Source of the DNA: Alphaproteobacteria bacterium
GTDB lineage: Bacteria; Pseudomonadota; Alphaproteobacteria; RF32; CAG-239
Reading direction: 5' to 3'
Assembly: GCA_045221335.1 (NCBI GenBank)
Contig: JBGUWS010000023.1
Coordinates: 16,987 to 80,986, forward strand
Length of the DNA: 64,000 bases
Part shown: positions 39,962 to 50,097 of the stretch, piece by piece
How positions within the stretch are numbered: position 1 is the first letter of the stretch
How the letters are laid out: every line of letters begins with the position of its first letter
The notes under the pieces: generated by a model
What the model saw: only the letters and a program-made list of their open reading frames with translations
The model's database searches: none
Told to the model about the DNA's origin: nothing
Program-made: the position numbers and the translations under genes

Positions 39962-40333
39962 TTATCTGTGATGATGTCCACCATGATGTCCGCCTCTGGG
40001 CATTGGTGCAGGTCTGTGGTGATGATGGTGATGTCCGCCATGAAAACCGTGGAACAATAATCCGCCAACAACGGCTGTAGTAACACCAGCAGCAAGGGCT
40101 GCATTTGTTGAGTATGAATCGTAGTAGTAGCTGTTTTGAACAACAGGAGACTCACGAACAACTGTTACAGTCTGTGTCGGAGCAACAGCAACAGGTTGGG
40201 TAACGTATGTGGTCGGGCTTGTATACATTTGCCGAACAACAGTACCGTTTTGATCTATAACAACGATAGATTCTGCATGAGCAGCTGTTGCAAAAGTTGA
40301 AATTGTTAAAATCAAAGCAATAAATTTTTTCAT
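39962..40333 (-). CDS. secreted histidine-rich protein (C-terminal GGHHHHHH ... GGHHGGHHHR)
   Basis: Signal peptide MKKFIALILTISTFATAAHA. GAGAGG as a Shine-Dalgarno sequence. His-rich tail. Confidence 0.6.
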   Translation of the reverse strand: MKKFIALILTISTFATAAHAESIVVIDQNGTVVRQMYTSPTTYVTQPVAVAPTQTVTVVRESPVVQNSYYYDSYSTNAALAAGVTTAVVGGLLFHGFHGGHHHHHHRPAPMPRGGHHGGHHHR

Positions 40334-40601
40334 TTTTTCACCTCTCTAATGTTACAATTTAACTAATAACCTATGAAGAAAATTTTTTCAACACCTAATA
40401 TAACGAGGTATTTTCATTTTTGTTCAAAAAAATTTATTTATTTTTTGTTTTGTGGTTTGTTTGGGAATTTTAAAAGTGGATAAAATCACCTAAGAATCTC
40501 TTAAATATTTTAATTTAAATGTTTTTTTTTAAGGATTTTTAAACGCACAATTGTGAAAATAAAGTTTGAAAAATTAGATTTTATAGGCTAGTTTCGTACG
40601 T

Positions 40602-41723
40602 ATGAAAAGGTTGGATATATATATAGCCAAACAGATTATAACGGGTTTTCTCTTGGTGGCTTTGTCATTGATGTCAATGTTGTGGTTGACACAATCGCTT
40701 CGCTTTGTGGAAATGGTAACAAATAAGGGTTTACCGGTTTACTTGTTTGTTGAGATGACATCTTTGTTGATGCCGCGTGTTTTTGCTATTTTATCCCCAA
40801 TAGCTTTGTTTGTTGCTGTTATGTTTGTTTATAATCGACTGATTATGGATAGCGAATTGGTGGTGATGAAAGCCGTCGGTATCAGTTCGGTGGTGATTGC
40901 GCGTGCGGCAATTTTGATTGGGTGTTGTCTGGCACTATTTAATGTTTTTGTTCTAAATTACGGTGTGCCGGCAGCAGAAAATAAGTTTCGTAATTTAGAG
41001 TTTGAAGTAAAAAACAGTTTTACTAAGGTGATGCTTAAAGAGGGTGCTTTTACGACATTTAAGGATACAACGACAATATTTATTGATAGATTTTTAGAAG
41101 ATGGTTCGGTTAAAGGAATTATTGTCGGGGATAATAAAAATCCTCATGAAAAAGTTATTACCGTGGCAGAGAGCGGAAAGTTGGAATATACGGATATCGG
41201 TCCGAAAATTTTGTTAAAAAACGGAACACGACAGATTATGAATAAGAAAAACGGTCAATTTTCATCTATGATGTTTGCTGATTACGTTGTTGATTTTGGT
41301 GATGTTTCAGTTTCCAAAAAGAAGGATAAAAGTGTTCGTGAATGGGGAATTAGAGATTTGTTAAAAAAAGCGGCTAATCCTAAGACCCCTGCACAGCAGG
41401 CAAAAGCTTATAAGGCAGAGGCACACAGACGTATTTTAGCACCGTTTTTTAATTTAGTTTTTGCGTTGTTGGCGTGTGTGGGTTTGCTTGTGGCTAATTT
41501 TAACCGTCGCGGTCAAGGAAAAGTGATCACCATTTCTATTTTAGCGATGGTTATCGTGCAGGCTCTTGATATGTCTTTTGCAAATATGGCACGTAAGCAT
41601 GAGTGGATGATTTTTTTGATGTATATTAATTGTTTTTTGCCACTTTTGATATCCGGTGGTTTGTTATTGAAAACACCGGTTTGGCGTGGGTGGCGTAAAA
41701 GGGAGACTGTTAATGAGGCGTAG
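40602..41723 (+). CDS. lptF: LPS export ABC permease, LptF/LptG (YjgP/YjgQ) family
   Basis: N-terminus MKRLDIYIAKQIITGFL, six TM helices and a periplasmic beta-jellyroll insert. Adjacent to lptD. Confidence 0.8.
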   Translation: MKRLDIYIAKQIITGFLLVALSLMSMLWLTQSLRFVEMVTNKGLPVYLFVEMTSLLMPRVFAILSPIALFVAVMFVYNRLIMDSELVVMKAVGISSVVIARAAILIGCCLALFNVFVLNYGVPAAENKFRNLEFEVKNSFTKVMLKEGAFTTFKDTTTIFIDRFLEDGSVKGIIVGDNKNPHEKVITVAESGKLEYTDIGPKILLKNGTRQIMNKKNGQFSSMMFADYVVDFGDVSVSKKKDKSVREWGIRDLLKKAANPKTPAQQAKAYKAEAHRRILAPFFNLVFALLACVGLLVANFNRRGQGKVITISILAMVIVQALDMSFANMARKHEWMIFLMYINCFLPLLISGGLLLKTPVWRGWRKRETVNEA

Positions 41724-44013
41724 CCTATATTACATAGCTTTGGTTTGTTTTTGTTTGGCTTTTAATGCAAGGGCAGCCAATGAGCCCTATGCCGGAGCTA
41801 TCATACATAAAGATAATTCTTTTACCCCTCAGGCAGATTTTCGTCCCGGTAATATGACGGATATTATGCCGGTTTTGAAAGAAAAACCGCAGAAAAATGA
41901 GTCTCAGGAAATTTATTTTTCTGCAGATGAGTTGGAAACAGATGAGGCAAACAGTACTATTCAGGCCAGTGGTAATGTTATTGTTACGCGTGATAAATTA
42001 GAATTGACAGCAGATACTTTATGGTATGATCAAAAACGTGATGTTGTTGTTGCAAAAGGAAATGTTGTTGTTCGTGATACGGATGGCAGTGTTTTATATA
42101 CAGATGAAATTTCTTTATCGCAGAAAATGACACGTGCTGAGGTTAATAAGGTTAAAGTCATTATGCGCGATGAATCGAGAATTTGGGCTGATTCATTTGT
42201 AAAGAAAGCAAATGATAACAAACAAATGCATAAGGCGTCTTATACGGCTTGCGATATGTGTTCGGGTAAGTCTCCTTTGTGGCAGATTGATGCACGTAAA
42301 GTTAATTATGATGCAAGCGAGCAAAATATTAACTACAATGATGCTGTAGTTCGTATTAAAAATGTTCCGGTTTTTTATCTGCCGTTTTTAAGCCATCCGT
42401 CACCGGAAGTTAAACGTCGTTCCGGTTTGTTAATGACATCCATGGGTAGTTCTTCTTATTTGGGGCGTTATTTGCAACCAACGTATTTTTGGAATGTTTC
42501 TGATCAGACAGATATGATTTTATCTCCATATTTAACAACTGACAGGGATGTTATTTTTGGTGGAAAATATCGTCAGTATTTTTATAGCGGCCATATTAAG
42601 GCAGAAGGAACGTTTCTTTCTGATAAAGGTTCAGATTATAAGAATCTTAAGTATAAAAGGTTTAACAGACCAGAACATCGCGGTAATTTATTCTTAGATG
42701 CACGTTATGAAATTAATGATTATTGGGTGTCTCATCTTGATTTGAATTATGCTTCTGATGTTTTTTATCTAAAAGATATGTCACTTGCAGGGCAAGATGA
42801 TGCATGGTTGACCTCTAAGCTCGCTTTTGAACGTTTTGAAGGAAGGGATTATGCAACGATTGAGGGGTATTATTATCGGTTGACCAGTCTGAATTTAAGA
42901 GCGAGAAATAACCGAGAGTATAACAATCGTATGAGGGATATGCCTTTAATTGCACCATATATTGAATATGAAAATATTTCAGATCCCGGAAAATACGGTT
43001 CATATTTTAGGAATAATATCAGTTCTGCTTCTGTTTACCGGGATAATGATGAGGAATCACACAGGCTTTCGATGATTAATTCATGGGAATTGCCTTACAT
43101 GAGTGATTATGGTGAACAATATAAGTTGGTTGCTTCATTAAAGTCTGATATGTATTATGTTGATGATTATCAATATCGACAGAATCAAATGTTTGAAGGT
43201 AATTTAGCGCGTGTTTTTCCTCAAGTGGGTTTAGAGTGGCGTTTACCTTTCGTACGGGCAACAGAAATCACAAGGCAAATTTTGGAACCGGTTATTGTGG
43301 CTGCTTTTGCACCGGATCAGGAAAATCATATAGAAAAAATTCCCAATGCGGATAGTGCAGATGTTGAATTTGATGATGCGAATATTTTAAGTTTGGATAG
43401 GTATGCAGGTTATGATCGCAATGATACGGGTAGCCGAATTACGTACGGATTAAATTGGAGTTCTTATGGTAATATTATGGGACGTACATCTGCGTTTATA
43501 GCGCAGAGTTATCAGCTATCTAATGATAGTACTTTTATGGAAGCTATTGGCGATGAGGATCATTTGTCTGATTATGTCGGGCGTGTTTATGCCAGTCCGA
43601 ATAAATATCTTGATCTGAACTATCGTTTCAGGTTAGATAAGGATGACTATGAGTTGAAGTATAATGAGTTAGGGGCTCGTGTTGGTTCAGGTATATTGAG
43701 GTTGTATACTTCATATGTTTATTTGCAACCTAATCAGAACTCTTATTATTCTTCAAAAGAGAGAAAAGAACTTTATTTTAATATCAGTTCTAAGGTTACA
43801 AAAAATTGGTCCGTTAGTATTTATGATCGCATAGATTTAACTGATGGTGGCGGGCAATTGGAACATGGTGGACGAGTGACTTATGAAGACGAATGTTTAC
43901 AATTAGCTTTTAGTGCTAAAAGGAATAATTATAAAGATCCTACATTGGATAATGATTATGAATTCGGAATTACTTTTTTCTTTAAGACTTTGGGTGGTTT
44001 TGGCTCGAAATAA
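41713..44013 (+). CDS. lptD: LPS-assembly protein LptD
   Basis: OstA-like N-terminal domain plus a large beta-barrel. Gene order lptD-surA-rsmA. ATG at 41713. Confidence 0.9.
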   Translation: MRRSLYYIALVCFCLAFNARAANEPYAGAIIHKDNSFTPQADFRPGNMTDIMPVLKEKPQKNESQEIYFSADELETDEANSTIQASGNVIVTRDKLELTADTLWYDQKRDVVVAKGNVVVRDTDGSVLYTDEISLSQKMTRAEVNKVKVIMRDESRIWADSFVKKANDNKQMHKASYTACDMCSGKSPLWQIDARKVNYDASEQNINYNDAVVRIKNVPVFYLPFLSHPSPEVKRRSGLLMTSMGSSSYLGRYLQPTYFWNVSDQTDMILSPYLTTDRDVIFGGKYRQYFYSGHIKAEGTFLSDKGSDYKNLKYKRFNRPEHRGNLFLDARYEINDYWVSHLDLNYASDVFYLKDMSLAGQDDAWLTSKLAFERFEGRDYATIEGYYYRLTSLNLRARNNREYNNRMRDMPLIAPYIEYENISDPGKYGSYFRNNISSASVYRDNDEESHRLSMINSWELPYMSDYGEQYKLVASLKSDMYYVDDYQYRQNQMFEGNLARVFPQVGLEWRLPFVRATEITRQILEPVIVAAFAPDQENHIEKIPNADSADVEFDDANILSLDRYAGYDRNDTGSRITYGLNWSSYGNIMGRTSAFIAQSYQLSNDSTFMEAIGDEDHLSDYVGRVYASPNKYLDLNYRFRLDKDDYELKYNELGARVGSGILRLYTSYVYLQPNQNSYYSSKERKELYFNISSKVTKNWSVSIYDRIDLTDGGGQLEHGGRVTYEDECLQLAFSAKRNNYKDPTLDNDYEFGITFFFKTLGGFGSK

Positions 44014-44023
44014 AAGGAGATAT

Positions 44024-45154
44024 ATGATGCGTAAAATATTTTTGTTTTTATTGTTAGTTTTGAGTGCGCATTTTGCGTTCGCTTCAGATGTTGATATGTC
44101 AGAGTTGGATAAAGCTATCAGGAGCTCCGGTTCTCGGTCTATTATGTTTCGTCGAGGAGATGCCGGTGCCGAGCAAATGCGTCGTGAACAGGCAGAGGCG
44201 GAGGCTCGGGCAAAAGCAGAGGCTAAAGCAAGAGAAACGCAAAAAAGAGCCCAGGCTAAACAAGTTCGTCCCGGTTTTCGTCCCTATAACCTATTCGGAT
44301 CAGGTTTAAAAATTGCCGCGACAGTTAATGGGGATATGGTTTCTAACCAAGATTTGCAAGAACGTGCTAACTTATTTGCTTTAACAACAGGTATGCAAAT
44401 TAATGATAAGAATAAGAAACTGGTAGCAGATAAGGTTTTGCAGAATGTTATTGATGAAAAGGTTAAAATTCAGGAGGCCGAACGGCAAAATATTTATGTG
44501 TCTGATGGAGAAATTAAGGAGGCCTATCTTAATTTTGAACGTAAGAATGGTGTGCCGGCAGGAAAATTTCAAAATGTTTTGAAGGAATATCATGTAAGTC
44601 AGGAGGTCTTTTTAACGCAGATTAAGGCCAATCTTTTGTGGAATAAATTAGTTTCTCGTCGTTTGGGGCAGAATGTTGATGTTTCCGTTAGGGAAGTGGA
44701 AGATGAATTTGCACGTATAAAGAAAGATATGAATACGCAAAAATATATGGTTTCTGAAATTGTTATCAAACGTAAAGACGGAGATCATATTAATGAGCTG
44801 GTTGATATTTTGCGCAAGGATCCGCGCTTTGAGCTTTATGCAGCGCAATTTTCTCAAGCAGCTAGTGCACCTTCCGGGGGTAAGCTCGGATGGGTATCTG
44901 CTGGCCAATTGGCAGCACCTCTTGATAATGCCATCAGAAGTTTGAAAGAAGGGCAAATATCTAATGCTATTTTGTATCGTTCGGATTACTATATTTTCCG
45001 GATGGATAAAATTTATAATCCTCAAACAAATAAGAAGGATATGCCTACGGAGGAAGAAGTGCGCACCTTTATCAAGGATCGTAAAACCGATGAGCTAGCA
45101 AATAAATATATTCGTGATTTACGAAACAGTGCTGTTGTTGAGAAGAAGTTTTAA
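44024..45154 (+). CDS. surA: periplasmic chaperone/peptidyl-prolyl isomerase SurA
   Basis: AAGGAGA as a Shine-Dalgarno sequence. Signal peptide MMRKIFLFLLLVLSAHFAFA. SurA N-domain plus a parvulin domain. Confidence 0.85.
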   Translation: MMRKIFLFLLLVLSAHFAFASDVDMSELDKAIRSSGSRSIMFRRGDAGAEQMRREQAEAEARAKAEAKARETQKRAQAKQVRPGFRPYNLFGSGLKIAATVNGDMVSNQDLQERANLFALTTGMQINDKNKKLVADKVLQNVIDEKVKIQEAERQNIYVSDGEIKEAYLNFERKNGVPAGKFQNVLKEYHVSQEVFLTQIKANLLWNKLVSRRLGQNVDVSVREVEDEFARIKKDMNTQKYMVSEIVIKRKDGDHINELVDILRKDPRFELYAAQFSQAASAPSGGKLGWVSAGQLAAPLDNAIRSLKEGQISNAILYRSDYYIFRMDKIYNPQTNKKDMPTEEEVRTFIKDRKTDELANKYIRDLRNSAVVEKKF

Positions 45155-45165
45155 GCGATCTGATT

Positions 45166-45993
45166 ATGCTGACCACCAGAGAATTTGTTGATAAATATGG
45201 CTTGATGGCAAAAAAGGCTTTGGGGCAGAATTTTCTGTTAGATGGTAATATAACAGATAAAATTGTACGGATGTCTTTGGAGGCCCAGAACAAACACGAT
45301 TTTTCAGGTGAAGAAGTTGTGGAAGTCGGCCCGGGGCCGGGAGGGTTGACACGTTCTGTTTTAGCATATCATCCTAGACGGTTGTCGGTTATAGAAATGG
45401 ATGAGCGCTGTTTACAGATTTTGGAGGAGATTAAAACAGACTATCCTCAACTTTCTATTGTTAATGATGATGCATTACGTTTTGATTGGCAAAAAAAAGC
45501 TAAAGAAGACGGCAAGGTACATGTTGTCAGTAACTTGCCTTATAATATTTCTGTGGTGCTTTTGGTTAAATGGTTACAACAAATTCAAAATTATAAAAGT
45601 TTGACTTTGATGTTTCAAAAGGAAGTTGGGGATAGGATTTTGGCTGATGTTGGTATGAAGAATTACGGACGGGTGTCTGTACTTGCACAATTGCAATGTC
45701 GGGTTAAAAAATTGTTTGATCTGCCGCCGACATGCTTTGTTCCTGCTCCTCAAATATGGTCATCTGTTTTGTTGTTCTTACCAAGAGAAGATTCTGTTTG
45801 TGCAGAAGTACTCCATCAGGTTGAATTGTTAACGGGTTTGGCTTTTGGGCAGAGACGTAAGATGATTAGGCAAAGTTTGAAAAATGTGCCGAATATTTTG
45901 CTACATTTAGAAGAGTTGGGAATACAGCCGACATTGCGTGCCGAAGATTTATCACCGTCAGATTATCTTCATATAGCTAAAAGGTTAGTTTAA
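45166..45993 (+). CDS. rsmA: 16S rRNA (adenine1518/1519-N6)-dimethyltransferase
   Basis: LGQNFL motif and a SAM-binding site. Confidence 0.9.
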   Translation: MLTTREFVDKYGLMAKKALGQNFLLDGNITDKIVRMSLEAQNKHDFSGEEVVEVGPGPGGLTRSVLAYHPRRLSVIEMDERCLQILEEIKTDYPQLSIVNDDALRFDWQKKAKEDGKVHVVSNLPYNISVVLLVKWLQQIQNYKSLTLMFQKEVGDRILADVGMKNYGRVSVLAQLQCRVKKLFDLPPTCFVPAPQIWSSVLLFLPREDSVCAEVLHQVELLTGLAFGQRRKMIRQSLKNVPNILLHLEELGIQPTLRAEDLSPSDYLHIAKRLV

Positions 45994-46031
45994 GGTGTTC
46001 AGATATTTAAAAATCAAAATTTAGGATTATG

Positions 46032-46069
46032 TTTTCTCCTGTTTTTAACATTTATTGATAGGAGAAGAA
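46032..46069 (+). promoter_or_regulatory. hairpin pairing anti-SD TTCTCCT (46034-46040) with the SD AGGAGAA (46060-46066) of the arginine decarboxylase gene
   Basis: Inverted repeat seen directly, with a 19-nt loop. The SD would be fully sequestered. Confidence 0.4.
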
Positions 46070-46070
46070 T

Positions 46071-46652
46071 ATGACAGAAGGTGTGAGATTTCCAACATTA
46101 GCATTTATTACCGGCGGAACAGGACAAGCCAATGATGGTATACCGCCGCAACCGTTTGAAACTTTTTGTTATGATTCAGCCTTGCTTGAGGCTAAAATTG
46201 AGAATTTTAATGTTGTCCCCTATACATCCGTTTTACCTAAAGAGGTTTATGGCCATATCTTACCGGTTGATAAGGTGGCTAAACACTTTAAACATGGAGC
46301 AGTTTTAGAAGTTATTATGGCAGGAAATGGGGCTAACCATGATGATCATAAGGCCATTGCGACCGGTGTGGGTATCTGTTGGGGAAAAGATAAAAAAGGT
46401 GAGCTTATCGGAGGATGGGCTGCTGAATATGTGGAGTACTTTGATACACATATTGATGATGACATTGCTCGTGGTCATGCTCAGATGTGGCTTAATAAAT
46501 CGCTTAATCATGAACTGGAAATACGCGGGGTTGAAAAACATAGTGAATTTCAGATGTTTCATAATTACCTCAATATTACAGAACATTTCGGCTATTGTTT
46601 AACTTGTTTGGGATTTCTTAATTTTGAACATGCTCCGGCGGTTGAAGTGTAA
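46071..46652 (+). CDS. pyruvoyl-dependent arginine decarboxylase (PvlArgDC/AaxB-like)
   Basis: ~190-aa protein with the VVPYT|SVLP self-cleavage context (Thr-Ser, as in chlamydial AaxB). AGGAGAAG as a Shine-Dalgarno sequence. Confidence 0.75.
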   Translation: MTEGVRFPTLAFITGGTGQANDGIPPQPFETFCYDSALLEAKIENFNVVPYTSVLPKEVYGHILPVDKVAKHFKHGAVLEVIMAGNGANHDDHKAIATGVGICWGKDKKGELIGGWAAEYVEYFDTHIDDDIARGHAQMWLNKSLNHELEIRGVEKHSEFQMFHNYLNITEHFGYCLTCLGFLNFEHAPAVEV

Positions 46653-46688
46653 TTTTTTAAGTAAAAATTTTATTTGGGAATATGAAAT

Positions 46689-48152
46689 ATGGCAAAACAG
46701 GAAAAGAAACAAAATTTAGCTTCGGCAGATAAAGAAAAACTCGGTGTTTTGGCGCTGGCCGGTGTTGTTGTAAGTTCTATGATCGGTGGAGGCATTTATA
46801 GTCTACCACAGAATATGGCAGCCGGTGCATCGGTAGGTGCTGTTATTTTGGCATGGATTATTACCGGTATAGGGGTGTATTTTATTGCTAATACCTTTCG
46901 GATTTTATCGGTTGTAAAACCTGACTTGACCGCCGGTATTTATATGTATAGCCGTGAGGGATTTGGACCATATATCGGGTTTACAATCGGTTGGTCTTAT
47001 TGGTTGTGTCAAATCTGTGGTAATGTCGGATATGCGGTTATTACGATGGATGCGCTTAACTATTTCTTCCCGCCGTATTTTGCCGGAGGGAATAATTTAT
47101 ATTCAATTATAGGCGGATCAATTTTAATTTGGGGATTTAATGCTCTTGTTCTTAAAGGTATACGGCAAGCAACAATTATCAATTTAATCGGTACGGTTGC
47201 AAAAATTGTTCCGCTGCTGTTTTTTATTGTTGTTTTGATGTTTTGTTTTCATGTTGAAAAATTCTCATTTGATTTTTGGGGCGAAAAAGATTTGGCATTG
47301 GGAGATCTATCTAAGCAGATTAAGGGAACAATGCTTGTGACACTATGGGCCTTTATCGGTATTGAGGGTGCTGTTGTTATGTCTAAGCATGCTGATAATG
47401 CAAAGACGGTTGGAAAAGCAACTTTATTAGGTTTTTCCAGTTGTTTATTGATCTATGTTTTGTTATCTGTTTTGCCGTACGGATTTATGGATCAAGCAGA
47501 ATTGGCAAAATTGCCGAATCCATCAACTGCGGCAGTTTTGGAAGCTGTTATTGGTAAATGGGGTTCATGGATTATGAACATAGGATTATTAATTTCAGTT
47601 TTAACCAGTTGGTTGGCATGGACAATGGTGACAGCTCAAATCCCTCAGGCTGCTGCGGAAAATGGTACATTTCCAAAGGAATTTGCCCTTGAAAATAAAG
47701 CACATGCGCCATCTGTCTCTCTTTATGTGACGAGTGCTTTGATGCAATTATTCATGCTGATGGTTTACTTTTCTAACGATGCGTGGAATACCATGCTTAG
47801 TATTACCAGTGTGATGGTTTTGCCGGCGTATTTTGCAAGTGCGCTGTATTTATGGAAACTGTGTGAAGATCATGAATATCCATTGAATTTTTATATTTCC
47901 AGATCAACAGCTTTAATGTCAGCTATTTTAGGTGCCTTTTATGCTTTATGGCTTATTTATGCAGCAGGGTTGAACTATTTGCTGATGGCTGTTATTTTTA
48001 TGGCATTGGGAATTCCTGTTTATATTTACGCAAGGCAACAAAATGCCGAAAATGAACCTGTTTTTTCGGTTGGAGAGCGCTTTACGGCAGGAATACTTTT
48101 TGTTGCAGCTCTATTTGCGTGTTATGCAATGTACAAAGGAATAGTATCTTAA
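46689..48152 (+). CDS. APC-superfamily basic amino acid/polyamine antiporter (arginine:agmatine antiporter, AaxC/AdiC-like)
   Basis: 12 TM helices with [12 protein letters not shown] at the N-terminus. Immediately downstream of the decarboxylase gene. Confidence 0.8.
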   Translation: MAKQEKKQNLASADKEKLGVLALAGVVVSSMIGGGIYSLPQNMAAGASVGAVILAWIITGIGVYFIANTFRILSVVKPDLTAGIYMYSREGFGPYIGFTIGWSYWLCQICGNVGYAVITMDALNYFFPPYFAGGNNLYSIIGGSILIWGFNALVLKGIRQATIINLIGTVAKIVPLLFFIVVLMFCFHVEKFSFDFWGEKDLALGDLSKQIKGTMLVTLWAFIGIEGAVVMSKHADNAKTVGKATLLGFSSCLLIYVLLSVLPYGFMDQAELAKLPNPSTAAVLEAVIGKWGSWIMNIGLLISVLTSWLAWTMVTAQIPQAAAENGTFPKEFALENKAHAPSVSLYVTSALMQLFMLMVYFSNDAWNTMLSITSVMVLPAYFASALYLWKLCEDHEYPLNFYISRSTALMSAILGAFYALWLIYAAGLNYLLMAVIFMALGIPVYIYARQQNAENEPVFSVGERFTAGILFVAALFACYAMYKGIVS

Positions 48153-48172
48153 CATTGTTTTGGATTATAAAT

Positions 48173-48216
48173 AAAAATGCTCCGACCTTTAAGAGAATCG
48201 GAGCATTTTTTATTTT
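48173..48216. terminator. bidirectional terminator TGCTCCGA-N12-TCGGAGCA with an A-run before and a T-run after
   Basis: Seen directly, between the antiporter gene and gapR. Confidence 0.75.
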
Positions 48217-48223
48217 TTATTGT

Positions 48224-48472
48224 TTAAACGTTTAACGCTTTGCGGTATGTTTCAAGCAAAAATTCTTGTTCATCACGGTCTGCTTGATTCATTTTTCTTA
48301 ATTTTATGATGGCTTTCATAATTTTAACATCAAAACCGACACCTTTTGCCTCAGCAAATATATCACGGATATCTGATTGGATACCTCTTTTTTCTTCTTC
48401 TAAACGCTCAATGCGCTCAATCAGAGAGTTTAACCTGGTGCTGTCAATACCGCCAACTTCTTTTTCTGCCAT
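48224..48472 (-). CDS. gapR: GapR (DUF2312), a nucleoid-associated DNA-binding protein specific to alphaproteobacteria
   Basis: IERIERLEEEK...DI..AKG.G.D.K motifs match Caulobacter GapR. Confidence 0.85.
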   Translation of the reverse strand: MAEKEVGGIDSTRLNSLIERIERLEEEKRGIQSDIRDIFAEAKGVGFDVKIMKAIIKLRKMNQADRDEQEFLLETYRKALNV

Positions 48473-48627
48473 ATTTTTTCTCCCATATTAAATAACTAAT
48501 GCAGCAGACAATCTAACAAAGATATTTTTTTTTGACAAGAAGTAATTATCAGAAAATTTAAATAATAAGTTATTAAACTTTTGTAGTGTATATGTAAAGC
48601 ATGAATTGATGATTTGGGAGAAATAAT

Positions 48628-50049
48628 ATGCCTATTAACACTCGTACGAATATTTTAGCCACATTGGGTCCGGCATCCGACAGTAAGGAAAAAATAAGTG
48701 CATTAATTGATGCCGGTATTGATGGGTTTCGGTTAAATTTTAGTCATGGTACACATGAGGGGCATAAAAGGATATACAATATTATACGTCGTTTATCTAA
48801 AGAAAAAAATGCGCATATTGCCATAATTGCTGATTTACAGGGTCCAAAGCTTAGAATCGGTTTGTTTAAGAATGATAAAGTTACATTAAAGAAGGGGCAA
48901 AAATTTGTTTTGGATATGAAGGACAAATTAGGCGATGAAACGAGGGTAACATTGCCGCACAAAGAGGTGTTTGAAGCATTACGAGTTGGCGATAATTTGC
49001 TTGTTAATGATGGTAATATTGTGCTGAAAGTATTAAAATGTCATAAAACTTCGGTGGAGACTGAAGTTATGGTCGGCGGTGTGGTTTCCGGGCATAAGGG
49101 TGTTAATTTGCCAAATTCATCGCTTAATATTTCTCCTTTGACACCAAAAGATTTAGAGGATTTAGATTTTGCCTTAAAATTGGGAGTTGATTGTGTTTGC
49201 CTTTCCTTTGTACAGCGTGCAGCTGATATTCTTGAGGCTCGGAAGATCATTAAAGATAAAGCATGGATTATCGCTAAATTAGAAAAGCCACAGGTTATGG
49301 ATGATTTGGATAAAATTATTGCAGTTTCTGACATGATTATGGTGGCGCGTGGTGATTTAGGGGTTGAATGTCCAATAGTTACTGTTCCTGTCTTGCAAAA
49401 GGAAATTGTTATGAGATGTCGTAGGTGCGGTAAGCCGGTCATTGTGGCAACACAGATGCTTGAGTCAATGATTTCCGCACCAATGCCTACCAGAGCTGAA
49501 GTTTCTGATGTGGCAAATGCTGTTTATGACGGGTGTGATGTTGTTATGCTTTCCGGTGAAACGGCGGTGGGTGCATATCCGGTTGAAACGGTTAATATTA
49601 TGCGGGGTGTTATTGAACAGGTGGAATCAGATCCAAAGTATTTGGAAAATGTGCATCATGTTGTGCAAGATGTTTATTGTAATGATGAGTCGAGAGCTAT
49701 TACACATGCAGCCGGAGAAGTGGTAAAGACTTTAGAAAACGCTGCTTGTATTGCAACTTTTTCCGTTAGCGGTGCGACTACTTTGGTTATGGCTCAAGAA
49801 AGACCTTTATATCCGATATTATCTATTAATCCGGATGAAAAAATTGCGCGCCGGCTGAATATGGTTTGGGGGGTGCGAACCTTTATTGATAAGAAGGTAT
49901 TTGAAAGTTTTGATAATATCGAAACTGTTTCGCGTGGGTTCGCTCGTATTTCCGGATTAGCAAAACCCGGACAATACATTGTTATTACTGCAGGTTATCC
50001 GTTTGGAAAAGCCGGAGTTACAAATGTACTTCATATTGTCACTGTTTAG
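48628..50049 (+). CDS. pyk: pyruvate kinase
   Basis: PK barrel motifs, MVARGDLG and a C-terminal domain. GGGAGA as a Shine-Dalgarno sequence. Confidence 0.9.
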   Translation: MPINTRTNILATLGPASDSKEKISALIDAGIDGFRLNFSHGTHEGHKRIYNIIRRLSKEKNAHIAIIADLQGPKLRIGLFKNDKVTLKKGQKFVLDMKDKLGDETRVTLPHKEVFEALRVGDNLLVNDGNIVLKVLKCHKTSVETEVMVGGVVSGHKGVNLPNSSLNISPLTPKDLEDLDFALKLGVDCVCLSFVQRAADILEARKIIKDKAWIIAKLEKPQVMDDLDKIIAVSDMIMVARGDLGVECPIVTVPVLQKEIVMRCRRCGKPVIVATQMLESMISAPMPTRAEVSDVANAVYDGCDVVMLSGETAVGAYPVETVNIMRGVIEQVESDPKYLENVHHVVQDVYCNDESRAITHAAGEVVKTLENAACIATFSVSGATTLVMAQERPLYPILSINPDEKIARRLNMVWGVRTFIDKKVFESFDNIETVSRGFARISGLAKPGQYIVITAGYPFGKAGVTNVLHIVTV

Positions 50050-50097
50050 AAGTGTTTATTAATATGTTATTTTAGCAGTATTTTATTGAGGGAGAAA

